64,000 nt of DNA from an uncultured Gammaproteobacteria bacterium (GTDB lineage Bacteria > Patescibacteriota > Microgenomatia > UBA12405 > JAHJSD01), in NCBI GenBank assembly GCA_964428655.1, contig CAYRYE010000001.1, forward strand, positions 9,328 to 73,327, in the 5' to 3' direction. The notes under the pieces are model-generated. The model was not told the origin of the DNA. It ran no database searches and saw only the letters and a list, made by a program, of their open reading frames with translations. This document shows positions 1-9,237 of the stretch, piece by piece (the first letter of the stretch is position 1; the number at the start of each line of letters is the position of its first letter). The position numbers and the translations under genes are program-made.

Positions 1-220
1 TAAATTCAGGAGTAATCTGCCAGCCAAATTTAGTTCCCGGTCTAGGGAAAATGCCAACATAAAAACAACCTTCACCATCAATAAAACCCACCAAATAATC
101 ATCAGTTATTTTCTTAACTATCTTGGGAGATAGCTTGCCTAACTGAAAGGATTGACCTTTCCTGCTGGTTGTCTGCACTGATAGCTTTTTCACTTCACTT
201 TTAATTATAACGAAGTAGCC
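1..220 (-). CDS. LAGLIDADG-family homing endonuclease (intron-encoded; partial, C-terminus outside the window, start codon not identified)
   Basis: Minus-strand frame open from a TGA at 221-223 reads ...KKITDDYLVGFIDGEGCFYVGIFPRPGTKFGWQITPEF. LVGFIDGEGCF is a canonical LAGLIDADG dodecapeptide (cf. I-CreI LAGFVDGDGS). Confidence 0.7.
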
Positions 221-282
221 TCAGATACTCCAGAGTTTCCAGCATATAGCCAGATTTAAAGACAGCAAGAACCAATTCGTTT
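1..282 (-). mobile_element. Group I intron (partial; continues beyond window start) inserted in the 23S rRNA gene after ...GAGACAGU (E. coli ~2593 region, the I-CreI-type homing site)
   Basis: Minus-strand 23S sequence GGGTTCAGAACGTCGTGAGACAGT (282-306 rc) is followed, instead of the conserved TCGGTCCCTATCTGCC, by about 280 nt of non-rRNA sequence carrying a LAGLIDADG ORF. The upstream exon ends in U as expected for a group I 5' splice site. Confidence 0.7.
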
Positions 283-994
283 ACTGTCTCACGACGTTCT
301 GAACCCAACTAACGCAGCGCTTTAATGGGCGAACAGACCAACCCTTCCCGACTTCTTCGTCAGGAGGATGCGCCAAGTCGACATCGAGGTCGCGATCCGG
401 GCCGTCAATACGGACTATCGGGCCCGACCACGCTGTTATCCCCGGGGTAGCTTTTATCCGTTAAGTTCCGATACATTCCACAAGTATCGGAAGATCACTA
501 AGACCTGCTTTCACACCTGCTCGACCTGTCGGTCTCGCAGTCAAGTTAGCTTCTGCCTTTATACTTACAGTCCGATTTCTATCCGGACCAAGCTAACCTT
601 TGTACGTCCGCGTTACTTTTTAGCAGACGGCTGCCCCAGCCAAACTGACAACCAGACACTGTCCCAGTTTACGTTTCCAGTAAACATTGGTTAGAGTCAA
701 ACATTCTGAAGGGTGGTATTCCACTGATGCCCGAAGGCTCCCACCTATTCTCGACAATCAAAATATTCTTCCCAACGTCAAGTCTCAGTAAAGCTCCACG
801 GGGTCTATCTGTCCTGCCGCCACAAACCGGCATCTTTACCGGTATTTCAATTTCACCGGGTAGAAGGTCGGAGACAGTTGTTCGGTCGTTAAGCCATTCA
901 TACTGGTCGGAACTTACCCGACAATGGACTTCGCTACCTTTGGACGGTTAGAGTTACCGCCGTCGTTCACCGGGGCTTCGGTTCATTGCCCTCT

Positions 995-1046
995 GGGCGA
1001 GGAAATCCTAAATTCGAATCTCCTTGTCCAAAGGACAAATTCCCTT
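995..1046. repeat. 52-nt exact repeat copy A inside 23S (GCCCTCTGGGCGAGGAAATCCTAAATTCGAATCTCCTTGTCCAAAGGACAAA), replacing a variable helix in domain IV
   Basis: Identical to 2408..2459 by direct reading. Contains a T-arm-like GGAGATTCGAATCTCC palindrome and a TTGTCCTTTGGACAA palindrome. Confidence 0.85.
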
Positions 1047-1707
1047 AACCTTCCGGCACTGGACAGGCTTCAGCCCCTATACTTCCCCTTACGGGTTTGC
1101 AGAGACCTGTGTTTTTGATAAACAGTCGCCGAACAATCTTTAGTTGCAGCCTCGAAAATTCGAGGCAGGGCATCTCCCGAAGTTACGCCCAGCTTTTTTG
1201 CCGAGTTCCTTGACCTCCCTTCTCCCGATCACCTTAGTCTACTCGACTTACCCACCTGTGTCGGTTTGCGGTACGGGTTCTATTACTTCTTTCCGCGAAG
1301 CTTTTCTTGGCACCAGAAATCAGCTGAATCGATCGAAAATTCGACCTCTTGATCAATCTCGCCTTAAAACAAAGCGACGGATTTTCCTATCGCTTCTAGC
1401 TTAATTGCTCAATGCGGCAATTTCACTACCACACTCAACTTATCCCAATGCGTCCCTCCCCAGATAATAACAAAATAATAGAAGGGCTGGAATATTAACC
1501 AGCTGTCCATCGCCTACTCCTGATTCATCAGGACTTGGCTTAGGTCCCGCCTAACCCAACGTCGACGAACGTTGCGTTGGAAACCTTGGGTTTTCGGTGA
1601 ACTGGATTCTCACCAGCTTTTGCTGTTACTTATGCCGGCATTCTCACTTCCCAACACTCCAGTTTGACTTACATCAAACCTTCACTGTCTTGGGAACGCT
1701 CCCCTAC

Positions 1708-1737
1708 CATCCCGATACGTGTAAACACTATCGGGAT
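1708..1737. repeat. 28-nt segment (RNA sense UCCCGAUAGUGUUUACACGUAUCGGGAU) shared identically between the 23S and the 16S (21278..21305)
   Basis: Plus strand here reads atcccgatacgtgtaaacactatcgggatc; its reverse complement equals 16S tcccgatagtgtttacacgtatcgggat. It can fold as an imperfect hairpin. The spurious ORFs 1597..1848 and 21226..21417 share the peptide PDTCKHYR(D/E)L for this reason. Confidence 0.85.
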
Positions 1738-1820
1738 CTCCGTCTTCGGTGGTCTGCTTTAGCCCCGGTAAATTTTCGGCGCAGTTTACCAATCCCAATA
1801 CCCATAAGGATATCGGGATC

Positions 1821-1878
<58 letters not shown>

Positions 1879-2407
1879 TTGTCTTCGATAAACTACTTCC
1901 TTCCCCACTTAGCAATCTCCGACATAATGTCGGAGAGACACTTAGGGACCTTAGACGAGAGTCTGGGATCTTTCCCTTTCGCCTGACCAGCTTAGCCCGG
2001 CCAGACTGACTGCCCTTGTAGAAATCAGAGTATTCGGAGTTTGGTTGGGTATCGAGGATTACTCCCCAGTACTCATCCAGTAGCTCTACCCCTCTGATTC
2101 AATCAAGAACGCTATACCTATATATATTTCGGGGAGAACCAGCTATCTCCGGGTTCGATAGGCATATTGCCTCCAACCACAGGTCATCCGAAGGAATTGC
2201 AGCTCCTACCGGTTCGGGCCTCCTCCCCGACTTCTCGGGGATTCACCCTGCCCATGGTTAGCTCACCCGGTTTCGGGTCTCCCGCATGCGACTAAAACGC
2301 CTTATTCAGACTTGCTTTAGCTACGCCTCCTCCTGACTCATCAGGATTAAGCTTGCCGCAAACGAGAACTCGCCGGCTCATTCTTCAATAGGCACGACAT
2401 TACTTCG

Positions 2408-2459
2408 CCCTCTGGGCGAGGAAATCCTAAATTCGAATCTCCTTGTCCAAAGGACAAAG
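2408..2459. repeat. 52-nt exact repeat copy B inside 23S (domain I variable region)
   Basis: Identical to 995..1046. Confidence 0.85.
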
Positions 2460-2510
2460 CTCTGTCTGTTTGTTAGCAAATGGTTTCAGGTTCTATTTCA
2501 CTCCCCTCCC

Positions 2511-2541
<31 letters not shown>

Positions 2542-3159
2542 ATGCGCTATCGGTCAACAAGAGTATTTAGTCTTGGAGGAGTGGTTCCCCCAGATTCCCC
2601 CGATTTTAATCGGGATACTCAGGAATCCCGCTACCAACCTAATATAATTTCGAATACGGGGCTTTCACCCTCTTTGACGATTCATTCCAGAATCTTCTTC
2701 TATTAATTCGGTCAGGATAAAGCGGAACCCTACAACCGGTCGAAAATTCGACCTTTGGACTATTCCCGTTTCGCTCACCGCTACTAAGAGAATCACTGTT
2801 GTTTTCTTTTCCTTTGGGTACTGAGATGTTTCAGTTCCCCAAGTTACTCTCCCGATATCCTTACGGGTATCGGGATATCTTGTATTACTACAAGATGGGT
2901 TTCCCCATTCGGAGACCATCGGATCAAAGGTTGCTGGCACCTCCCCGATGAGTTTCGCCGCCTTCTGCGTCCTTCATCAGCTCTTGTCACCAAGGCATTC
3001 ACCATTTGCCTTAATACTAAACCTTCTTACCCCCGATATGTGCAGGCACTATCGGAGATAAACCCGGTTGACAACTTGATTTTCAAATCAAATTGAAACC
3101 TTAATCAATTGTTAAAGTGCAATTAAATTAAATAAAATTTATTTTTCAATTCGCTCAAA

Positions 3160-3192
3160 ACAAAAACCGAGGCTTTCGCCTCGGTCACTTAG
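3160..3192 (-). terminator. Rho-independent terminator-like hairpin (CCGAGGC-GAAA-GCCTCGG followed by TTTTTGTTTTGAG on the minus strand), downstream of the methyltransferase gene
   Basis: Perfect 7-bp GC-rich stem with a 4-nt loop followed by a U-run when read on the minus strand. Confidence 0.6.
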
Positions 3193-3364
3193 ACATATAT
3201 CCTCCAATGTACTAACGCAATCTTTTACAAGAAATTGTATTAATTAGATTCTTCCTCATATATTGTCTAAAAACGAGACAAAAGCAACTCCTGCTTTATG
3301 TTTCTCAGGTAAGGGTATTATATTGAGGACAAAAGACAATGTCAAGGCTGTGGTTCTAATCACA

Positions 3365-3880
3365 TCAAAACTTGTACAAGTAAAGTTTGCCGGATCTCTT
3401 GGCGTATTTTCTGGAAAACTGATAATTGTTAGAAACTATCAGAATTGGATGAACCAATTCTTTCTTAAGAACTTTTTCTAATTTTCTCATATATTTAGGC
3501 AGTAAATAAACAGTAATCACTGTTGCTTGATTAAAGTCTGCTTGCCAGAAACTTTTAAAATATACTTTAGTTAAGCGAGATAAACCTGCTTTTTTAATTT
3601 TTCTTTTTGATTGCCAAAATAAAATCGGGTCAATTTCATAACCTATTGCTTTTGCTCCTAATTTAGCCGCTTCGATTAAAATCCGACCATCGCCAGAACC
3701 CAAGTCCAGAACCAAATCTTTCTGACCAACTTTTGCCAACTTCAGCATTTTTCTGACTGTTTTAATCGGAGTTGGCTTGAAAACTGGTCCAGCCTGAGAA
3801 GAAAAAGCCGTGTAGTACAAATAAAAAGCAACAACAATTAAAAAAGAAATAAAAATAAGATAGGCTAAAATCAAAACCAT
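3365..3880 (-). CDS. Class I SAM-dependent methyltransferase with N-terminal membrane anchor
   Basis: Motif I VLDLGSGDGRILIEAA, motif-II-like AIGYEIDP, N-terminal TM helix. Confidence 0.75.
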   Translation of the reverse strand: MVLILAYLIFISFLIVVAFYLYYTAFSSQAGPVFKPTPIKTVRKMLKLAKVGQKDLVLDLGSGDGRILIEAAKLGAKAIGYEIDPILFWQSKRKIKKAGLSRLTKVYFKSFWQADFNQATVITVYLLPKYMRKLEKVLKKELVHPILIVSNNYQFSRKYAKRSGKLYLYKF

Positions 3881-3922
3881 CTGCCCTCATAATAACAAAC
3901 AAATGTTAGAATTAATTATCAA

Positions 3923-5362
3923 GTGAACCTTAAACAAACCCGCCTGCCGGACGGGCAGGTTTCACCAACTATCTGGGAGCTGTCAAAAGATTTTAAACCG
4001 GGAATGCGAGTGCCGGGAAAAGTGATGGCCAATAAAAAACTTCTGAAGACAATTGAAGACAAGGTTCTTGACCAATTGGCCAATACTGCTTTTTTACCCG
4101 GAGTAGTGGAAGCTGTTTGGGCTATGCCTGACGCCCATATTGGTTTCGGCGTTCCCATTGGTTGTGTTTTTGCCACTGATCCTGAAAAGGAAGGCATTAT
4201 ATCTCCTGGAGCAATTGGTTTTGACATCAACTGCGGCATCCGTTTAATTACTACTAATTTAACTAAAGAAAAACTTGAACCAAAAACAACTCAACTGATC
4301 GATGCTCTTTTTAAAATAGCTGGAGCTGGGTTAGGAGCAAAAAGCAACCTAAAACTGACTCAAAAAGAAGTTGAGGCAGTTTGCTGTCAAGGAATCCAAT
4401 GGGCAGTTAAAAAAGGTTTTGGCAGAAAAAAGGATCTAAATTTTTGTGAAGAAAAAGGTCGATTAGCCGGCGCTGATCCCCAATTCATTTCTCAACGAGC
4501 TCTCCAGCGGGGCCGACAGCAATTAGGTACTTTAGGCAGCGGTAACCATTATCTGGAAATTCAAGAAGTAACTAAAATCTTTGATTCCCAAAAAGGAAAA
4601 AAGCTAGGCATCAACCAGGAAGGCCAAATCACTATTATGATTCACTGTGGTTCCCGAGGGCTAGGACATCAAATTGCCAGTGATTATATCCGCCAATTTG
4701 GCCAGGCAATGAAAAAATATCAGATTGAGCTACCTAATCGTCAATTGGCTTGTGCGCCATTTAATTCTCCGGAAGGAAAAGCTTATTACTCAGCCATGGC
4801 TGGAGCTGTTAATTACGCCTTTGCCAATCGACAGATTTTAACTGACAAAGTCAGGAAAACCATCAGCAATGTTTTTCAAACTAAGGAAGAAAATTTGGGT
4901 TTAGATTTAGTCTACGATGTGGCTCACAATGTGGCTAAGCTTGAGAGTGGCTTACTCGTCCATCGTAAAGGAGCCACTCGAGCTTTTGGTCCTAATCACC
5001 CGGTTTTGCCAGAAAAATACCAAAAAATAGGCCAACCAGTAATTATTGGCGGTTCAATGGAAACAGCTTCATACTTACTTTTAGGTACTAAAAGGGCAGA
5101 GGAATTAACCTTCGGTTCAACTTGTCATGGTGCCGGCCGAGTGATGTCTCGAAAACAAGCTAGAAAACAAACTCAGGGCATGAATTTACAACAAGATTTA
5201 GAAAAAAAAGGCATTCAAGTCCGAACTGCTTCTTATTCCGGTCTGGCTGAGGAGGCAGGAATAGCCTACAAAGACATTGATTTGGTCGTTCAAACAGTAG
5301 TCGAATCAGGCATCTCAATTCCAATAGTAAAATTCAAACCTTTAGCCAACATCAAAGGTTAA
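3923..5362 (+). CDS. rtcB: RNA-splicing ligase RtcB
   Basis: MPDAHIGFGVPIG, GFDINCG, HCGSRGLGH and a C-terminal GxxxHGAGR region are hallmark RtcB metal-binding/active-site motifs; 479 aa. Confidence 0.9.
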   Translation: MNLKQTRLPDGQVSPTIWELSKDFKPGMRVPGKVMANKKLLKTIEDKVLDQLANTAFLPGVVEAVWAMPDAHIGFGVPIGCVFATDPEKEGIISPGAIGFDINCGIRLITTNLTKEKLEPKTTQLIDALFKIAGAGLGAKSNLKLTQKEVEAVCCQGIQWAVKKGFGRKKDLNFCEEKGRLAGADPQFISQRALQRGRQQLGTLGSGNHYLEIQEVTKIFDSQKGKKLGINQEGQITIMIHCGSRGLGHQIASDYIRQFGQAMKKYQIELPNRQLACAPFNSPEGKAYYSAMAGAVNYAFANRQILTDKVRKTISNVFQTKEENLGLDLVYDVAHNVAKLESGLLVHRKGATRAFGPNHPVLPEKYQKIGQPVIIGGSMETASYLLLGTKRAEELTFGSTCHGAGRVMSRKQARKQTQGMNLQQDLEKKGIQVRTASYSGLAEEAGIAYKDIDLVVQTVVESGISIPIVKFKPLANIKG

Positions 5363-6389
5363 TAACTTTGTAGGAAAAGGGCAAGTTAATCTCCTCTGTT
5401 GAAGTAAGTAAAATCTGATAATTTTCCAAAAGAGAGCTAACTAACTTTTGACTTTTCTCATCTAATTCAGAAAAAATATCATCCAGTAACAGAATCGGCT
5501 TTTCTTGTTTTTTTTCTTTAATAAAGGCCAATTGAGCTAATTTAAGAGCCAAAATGGCTAAACGATACTGGCCTCGAGAACCCCAAGAAGCCAAGTCTTT
5601 TTCCTCAGCTCCAAACCGAGAGTTCAAAAGAGAAAAATCATCTCGGTGCGGCCCAGCAGTAGTAACCCCTTGTTTTAAGTCTTCAGTTAAATTTTGGTCC
5701 AAAATTGTTAAAGAAATCGGATTAACCAAATATTGGCAAGAAAGGTGGTTAAACCTCTTTTCTTGAGAAATATTGAAAAACTGATTAACAAAATCAACAA
5801 ACTTCTTCCGTCCCTGATAAATAATTTCTCCGTTTTTGGCTAGGGCCTGGTTCCAATAGAAAAGCTCCTGTTGGCCAGCTTTGCCTTCACTGATTTCCAG
5901 CAAAACCCGATTGCGTCGCCTTAAAGCTTTTTCATAAGCCAAAACTGCCTGGCGATACTGCCAATCTAAAGGTAATAAAATGTCGTTTAAAAAATCTCTC
6001 CTGCGTGAAGGCGAACTCGTAATAACACGGATTTCTTCTGGCCGGAAAATTACAGCAGAAAAAGAGTCTAAAAACTGCCGCCGTGTTTTCTTAATCTTAT
6101 CCACCCAAAATTCTTTCTTTGTTCGCTGATTTTCTTTTTGCAAGCTGATTTTTAACTCTCTTTCGCCAACCTTAGCTTCAGCTATAGCTAGTTGCTGATT
6201 CCAATTAATCATTTGCTCATTTTTCAAAGCTCGAAAACTATTGCCGGTTGCCAATAAATAAACCGCCTCCAATAAATTAGTTTTACCAACCGCATTCGGA
6301 CCAACAATTAAATTTAAACTGGAAGAAAACTGAAAACTTACTTTGGAGTAATTGCGAAAGTTAAATAAAGATAAACTTTTAAGTGCCAT
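5352..6389 (-). CDS. recF: DNA replication/repair protein RecF (start trimmed to internal Met MALKSLSLFNFRNY...)
   Basis: LxLxNFRNY followed by Walker A GPNAVGKTNLLEAV; C-terminal LLLDDIFSELD signature. The ORF-track N-terminal Lys-rich extension overlaps rplY and is probably not translated. Confidence 0.85.
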   Translation of the reverse strand: MALKSLSLFNFRNYSKVSFQFSSSLNLIVGPNAVGKTNLLEAVYLLATGNSFRALKNEQMINWNQQLAIAEAKVGERELKISLQKENQRTKKEFWVDKIKKTRRQFLDSFSAVIFRPEEIRVITSSPSRRRDFLNDILLPLDWQYRQAVLAYEKALRRRNRVLLEISEGKAGQQELFYWNQALAKNGEIIYQGRKKFVDFVNQFFNISQEKRFNHLSCQYLVNPISLTILDQNLTEDLKQGVTTAGPHRDDFSLLNSRFGAEEKDLASWGSRGQYRLAILALKLAQLAFIKEKKQEKPILLLDDIFSELDEKSQKLVSSLLENYQILLTSTEEINLPFSYKVINL

Positions 6390-7143
6390 TAGTTTGTTCT
6401 TGTTTATTTTTTCCCTTAGGTTCTTGCCTAGTTTTGGTTTCTCCATTTTCTTTTTTCCCTTCTTTTGCCTTTTTTTTCTCTTTTGGAGCCTCACCTTCTT
6501 TAACCTCTACTCCAGGTACTTCTGCTGCTTCACTTTCCTCAACTGGCAGTTTTTCTTCCTCTTCCTCTACTTTTGTTGGTAGTTCAACCTTAACTAAAAC
6601 CTGGTTTTCAGCTACTTTTAAACTAATTTTCTTTTTATCAATTTTCAAATCGGCAACAGTAATCGTCTCGCCAATGTTTTCAAGTTTGCTAATATTAATA
6701 ACAAATTTTTCCGGCAGATCAGTTGGCAACGCCTCAATCTCAATTTCACTAAGCAGTTGAATCAAGACGCCTTCACTTGTCTCAATTGCCGGTGCTTCAC
6801 CTACCGTCTCTACTGGAACAGCAACTGTTACTTTTTCACTCAAATCAACCTGGTGAAAATCAATATGAATCAGTTCATCAGTAATTGGATTGTATTGGGG
6901 ATTTTTCAAAAGAACTGTCCTAATTTTCTCTTCTTTCTCAACCTGGAGATCAACTAGACCAGTTTCGCCAACTTCACCAAGAATATCACCAACCTCTTTC
7001 AAACTAGTCTTAACACTTAAAGAGTCAATCTTCTTGCCGTAAATACTAGCCGGCAAAATTCCTTGCTTGCGCAATTGCTTAACTTTCCGGCCAGTAACTT
7101 TTCGTTTCTCAATTTTTAAATTTGGTCTTTTTCGTGCCGTCAT
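6379..7143 (-). CDS. rplY: 50S ribosomal protein L25 / general stress protein Ctc (bL25), with acidic/Lys-rich C-terminal tail
   Basis: RKxxKxLRKQGILPASIYGK N-terminus typical of bL25. Start trimmed to MTARKR.. because the longer form would overlap the tmRNA 3' end. Confidence 0.75.
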   Translation of the reverse strand: MTARKRPNLKIEKRKVTGRKVKQLRKQGILPASIYGKKIDSLSVKTSLKEVGDILGEVGETGLVDLQVEKEEKIRTVLLKNPQYNPITDELIHIDFHQVDLSEKVTVAVPVETVGEAPAIETSEGVLIQLLSEIEIEALPTDLPEKFVINISKLENIGETITVADLKIDKKKISLKVAENQVLVKVELPTKVEEEEEKLPVEESEAAEVPGVEVKEGEAPKEKKKAKEGKKENGETKTRQEPKGKNKQEQTNGT

Positions 7144-7157
7144 TTTCTCACTTATTG

Positions 7158-7489
7158 TGGAGATGCCCCGAGGTGATCGGGGGTCCAAAGAATAACTTTA
7201 AAAACTTCTACAGGCTTAGGCTATTTTTGGTTATTACTGATTAAGGAAAATTGCCAAACCTTTAATCAGGCCGACCGTTTGTTTCTCTCTAATCCTTGGT
7301 CAGAAGACTAAAGAACAGTCCGACAAGTTGACACCGATCTTGCTTCCTCGGACAAAAAGCAAGTCGATGCTAGCTTAAGCTTAAGCGTAAGCTAGGGCCA
7401 AATTATCTTCGGCATATGTTTTGATCCTGTTTTGACTCAACTGATCAATGAGCACCTGCAGTTTTTAAAAGTGCTTTCTCTGTCAAAAC
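7158..7489 (-). ncRNA. ssrA: tmRNA (SsrA), one-piece, immediately downstream of smpB
   Basis: 5' GGGGAUGUCGAG... pairs perfectly with 3' ...CAUCUCC-A, including the G3:U70 Ala identity pair. T-arm CCCCG-AUCACCU-CGGGG. Internal tag reading frame GCC GAA GAT AAT TTG GCC CTA GCT TAC GCT TAA gives AEDNLALAYA*. Canonical smpB-ssrA synteny. Confidence 0.75.
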
Positions 7490-7557
7490 TCGACATCCCC
7501 ATGCTCCGCCGTTGGCGGAGAATTATCAATTTTTAATTATCAATTTTTAAATTAAAA

Positions 7558-7989
7558 CTACTTTCGCAATTCTTTCTTTATTTCCCTTTCAATTAAATCT
7601 TGCTTTCTTTGTCTCTTTGTCCTTCTTTTTCCAATCCCAAGCTGAATTTTTATCCAGCGGCCCTTAGTATAGCAAGCTACAGGCACAATTGTCAATTTAC
7701 GTTTTTTTGTTTCTATTAATTTTTTGATCTCGCTTTCTTTTAATAACAGCTTCCGTTCCTGAGTTGGTTGTTGTTCTTCCAATCGAGCAAACGGATAGGG
7801 ATGAATCACAGCATTGATTAAAAATGGCTCGCCATTTTTAATCCGCACCAAAGCATTACGCAGCTCTATCCCCCTCGTCCGAATCGCTTTTGTCTCGGCT
7901 CCAGTTAAAATTATTCCTGCCTCAAGTTTTTCCTTAATCGAGTACAACCGATAGGCATTTTTGTTGATAAATTTTTTCATCCCATTCAA
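7558..7989 (-). CDS. smpB: SsrA-binding protein SmpB
   Basis: Length 143 aa, basic C-terminal tail, conserved LTGxExKS/IELRNA-like core, and synteny with tmRNA. Confidence 0.85.
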   Translation of the reverse strand: MNGMKKFINKNAYRLYSIKEKLEAGIILTGAETKAIRTRGIELRNALVRIKNGEPFLINAVIHPYPFARLEEQQPTQERKLLLKESEIKKLIETKKRKLTIVPVACYTKGRWIKIQLGIGKRRTKRQRKQDLIEREIKKELRK

Positions 7990-8471
7990 TCCTTCTTCTT
8001 TTCAATTTTTTTTAAGATAGGCTGAATGACAACATAGCGCTGGTTGCCTACTCCTTCAGACTTAGTTTTAACATCATCCAGTTCACCTAGAGCTAGATGA
8101 ACTATTCTTCTCTCAAATGGAGTCATTGGAAACAAAGCTACCGGTTGACCAGAAAGTTTTGCTTTTTGGGCCGCGCTAAGAGCAATCTGTTTTAAACGTT
8201 CAACTTGTTCTTTTCGATAATCGTTAACGTCAACAATTACTCTTTGCCACTCGCCAAGTTTTTTGAAAACCATTAAGCCTAAAATCAACTGAAGAGAAGA
8301 TAAAGTTCCGCCATGAAATCCAATTAACACTCCTGGTTCGCTGGTTTTAATTTTTATCTTGATGACATCATCTTTTTTATCCTCTTCAACAGTAAATTCC
8401 ACCTTCTGGTCCAACAACTCTACCAAAAGCTTTTTTACTAATTGCTTGGTTATTTCTATTTTTTCCGCCAT
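7986..8471 (-). CDS. khpB: Jag/KhpB RNA-binding protein (KH + R3H domains)
   Basis: GxHGxTLxSLQxIL KH-like motif and ERRIVHLAL R3H motif; classic yidC-jag synteny. Confidence 0.8.
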   Translation of the reverse strand: MAEKIEITKQLVKKLLVELLDQKVEFTVEEDKKDDVIKIKIKTSEPGVLIGFHGGTLSSLQLILGLMVFKKLGEWQRVIVDVNDYRKEQVERLKQIALSAAQKAKLSGQPVALFPMTPFERRIVHLALGELDDVKTKSEGVGNQRYVVIQPILKKIEKKKD

Positions 8472-8475
8472 GATT

Positions 8476-9237
8476 TCAGCTATTTTTGGCTAACTTCTTG
8501 ATCATAATCTGCTGAACCAGATTAAACAAGGAAAAAGTACACCAATAAAGGACTAGTCCTGAAGGAAAGCTAAGACCAATAAAAATCGTCATTAACGGAA
8601 AAATATAAAGTGATTGGGTTTGCATTGCTGATGCTAGATCATCTGTTTTTTCAGGTGTTTTATCAGCCACTTTTTCTTGTTTTTTGGCTATCGGCATCAT
8701 TAGTTTAGCTGATAAAAATTGACCTAAAGCCGAGAAAATAAGAAAAATTCCGGGCAAGTTTTTACCAAAAAGTTTAATTTTGTCCGGCTTGGCCAAATCT
8801 AAATAAAGAAATTTCAAGTTAAAAGCAACATCTCGAGAGAGGCGCAAACGTGAATATAAAACCTCATTTAATTTATCAATCATGCCATTGTTACTCAAAA
8901 CTTGACGAAAGGCTTGAAAAAGAGCAATCAAGATAACAATCTGGACAACTTGGGGCAATAAACCAGCCATGGGTTTAATGCCTGCTGACCGGTAAAGATC
9001 CATCTGGGCTTGAGCTAATTTTTGCTTATCCTTTTTATACTTTTTTTTTAATTTCCCTAATTTTGGGGCTAGTTCCTTCATTGCTTGAGCCGTTTTAAGA
9101 GCAGGCAGTGTTAAAGGTAAAAGCAAAAGTCTAATAGTTAAAGTTAAGCTAATAATTGCCCAGCCTAAGTTACCAAATAATTGATAAAAACCAATTAAAG
9201 CATTAATTAGTGGTTGATAAAGCAATGTGTGCCACAT
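8476..9237 (-). CDS. yidC: Membrane protein insertase YidC/Oxa1 (short Gram-positive-type)
   Basis: Five predicted TM helices, conserved hydrophilic groove region, rnpA-yidC synteny. Confidence 0.85.
   Translation of the reverse strand: MWHTLLYQPLINALIGFYQLFGNLGWAIISLTLTIRLLLLPLTLPALKTAQAMKELAPKLGKLKKKYKKDKQKLAQAQMDLYRSAGIKPMAGLLPQVVQIVILIALFQAFRQVLSNNGMIDKLNEVLYSRLRLSRDVAFNLKFLYLDLAKPDKIKLFGKNLPGIFLIFSALGQFLSAKLMMPIAKKQEKVADKTPEKTDDLASAMQTQSLYIFPLMTIFIGLSFPSGLVLYWCTFSLFNLVQQIMIKKLAKNS

Noticed and set aside
3263-3481. ORF 3263..3481 (+) and ORF 3919..4239 (-)
   Set aside because: Short antisense or overlapping ORFs with no motifs, fully overlapped by the better-supported methyltransferase and rtcB genes.
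6352-6957. ORFs 6352..6582, 6383..6760 and 6757..6957 (+)
   Set aside because: They are antisense to rplY (bL25). The low-complexity Ser/Phe-rich translations derive from the Lys/Glu-rich tail of L25 read on the other strand.
7530-7560. Tandem 2 x TTATCAATTTTTA repeat
   Set aside because: Only two copies. It is most simply a duplicated -35-like (TTGATA on the minus strand) promoter element for the tmRNA, not a CRISPR or satellite.
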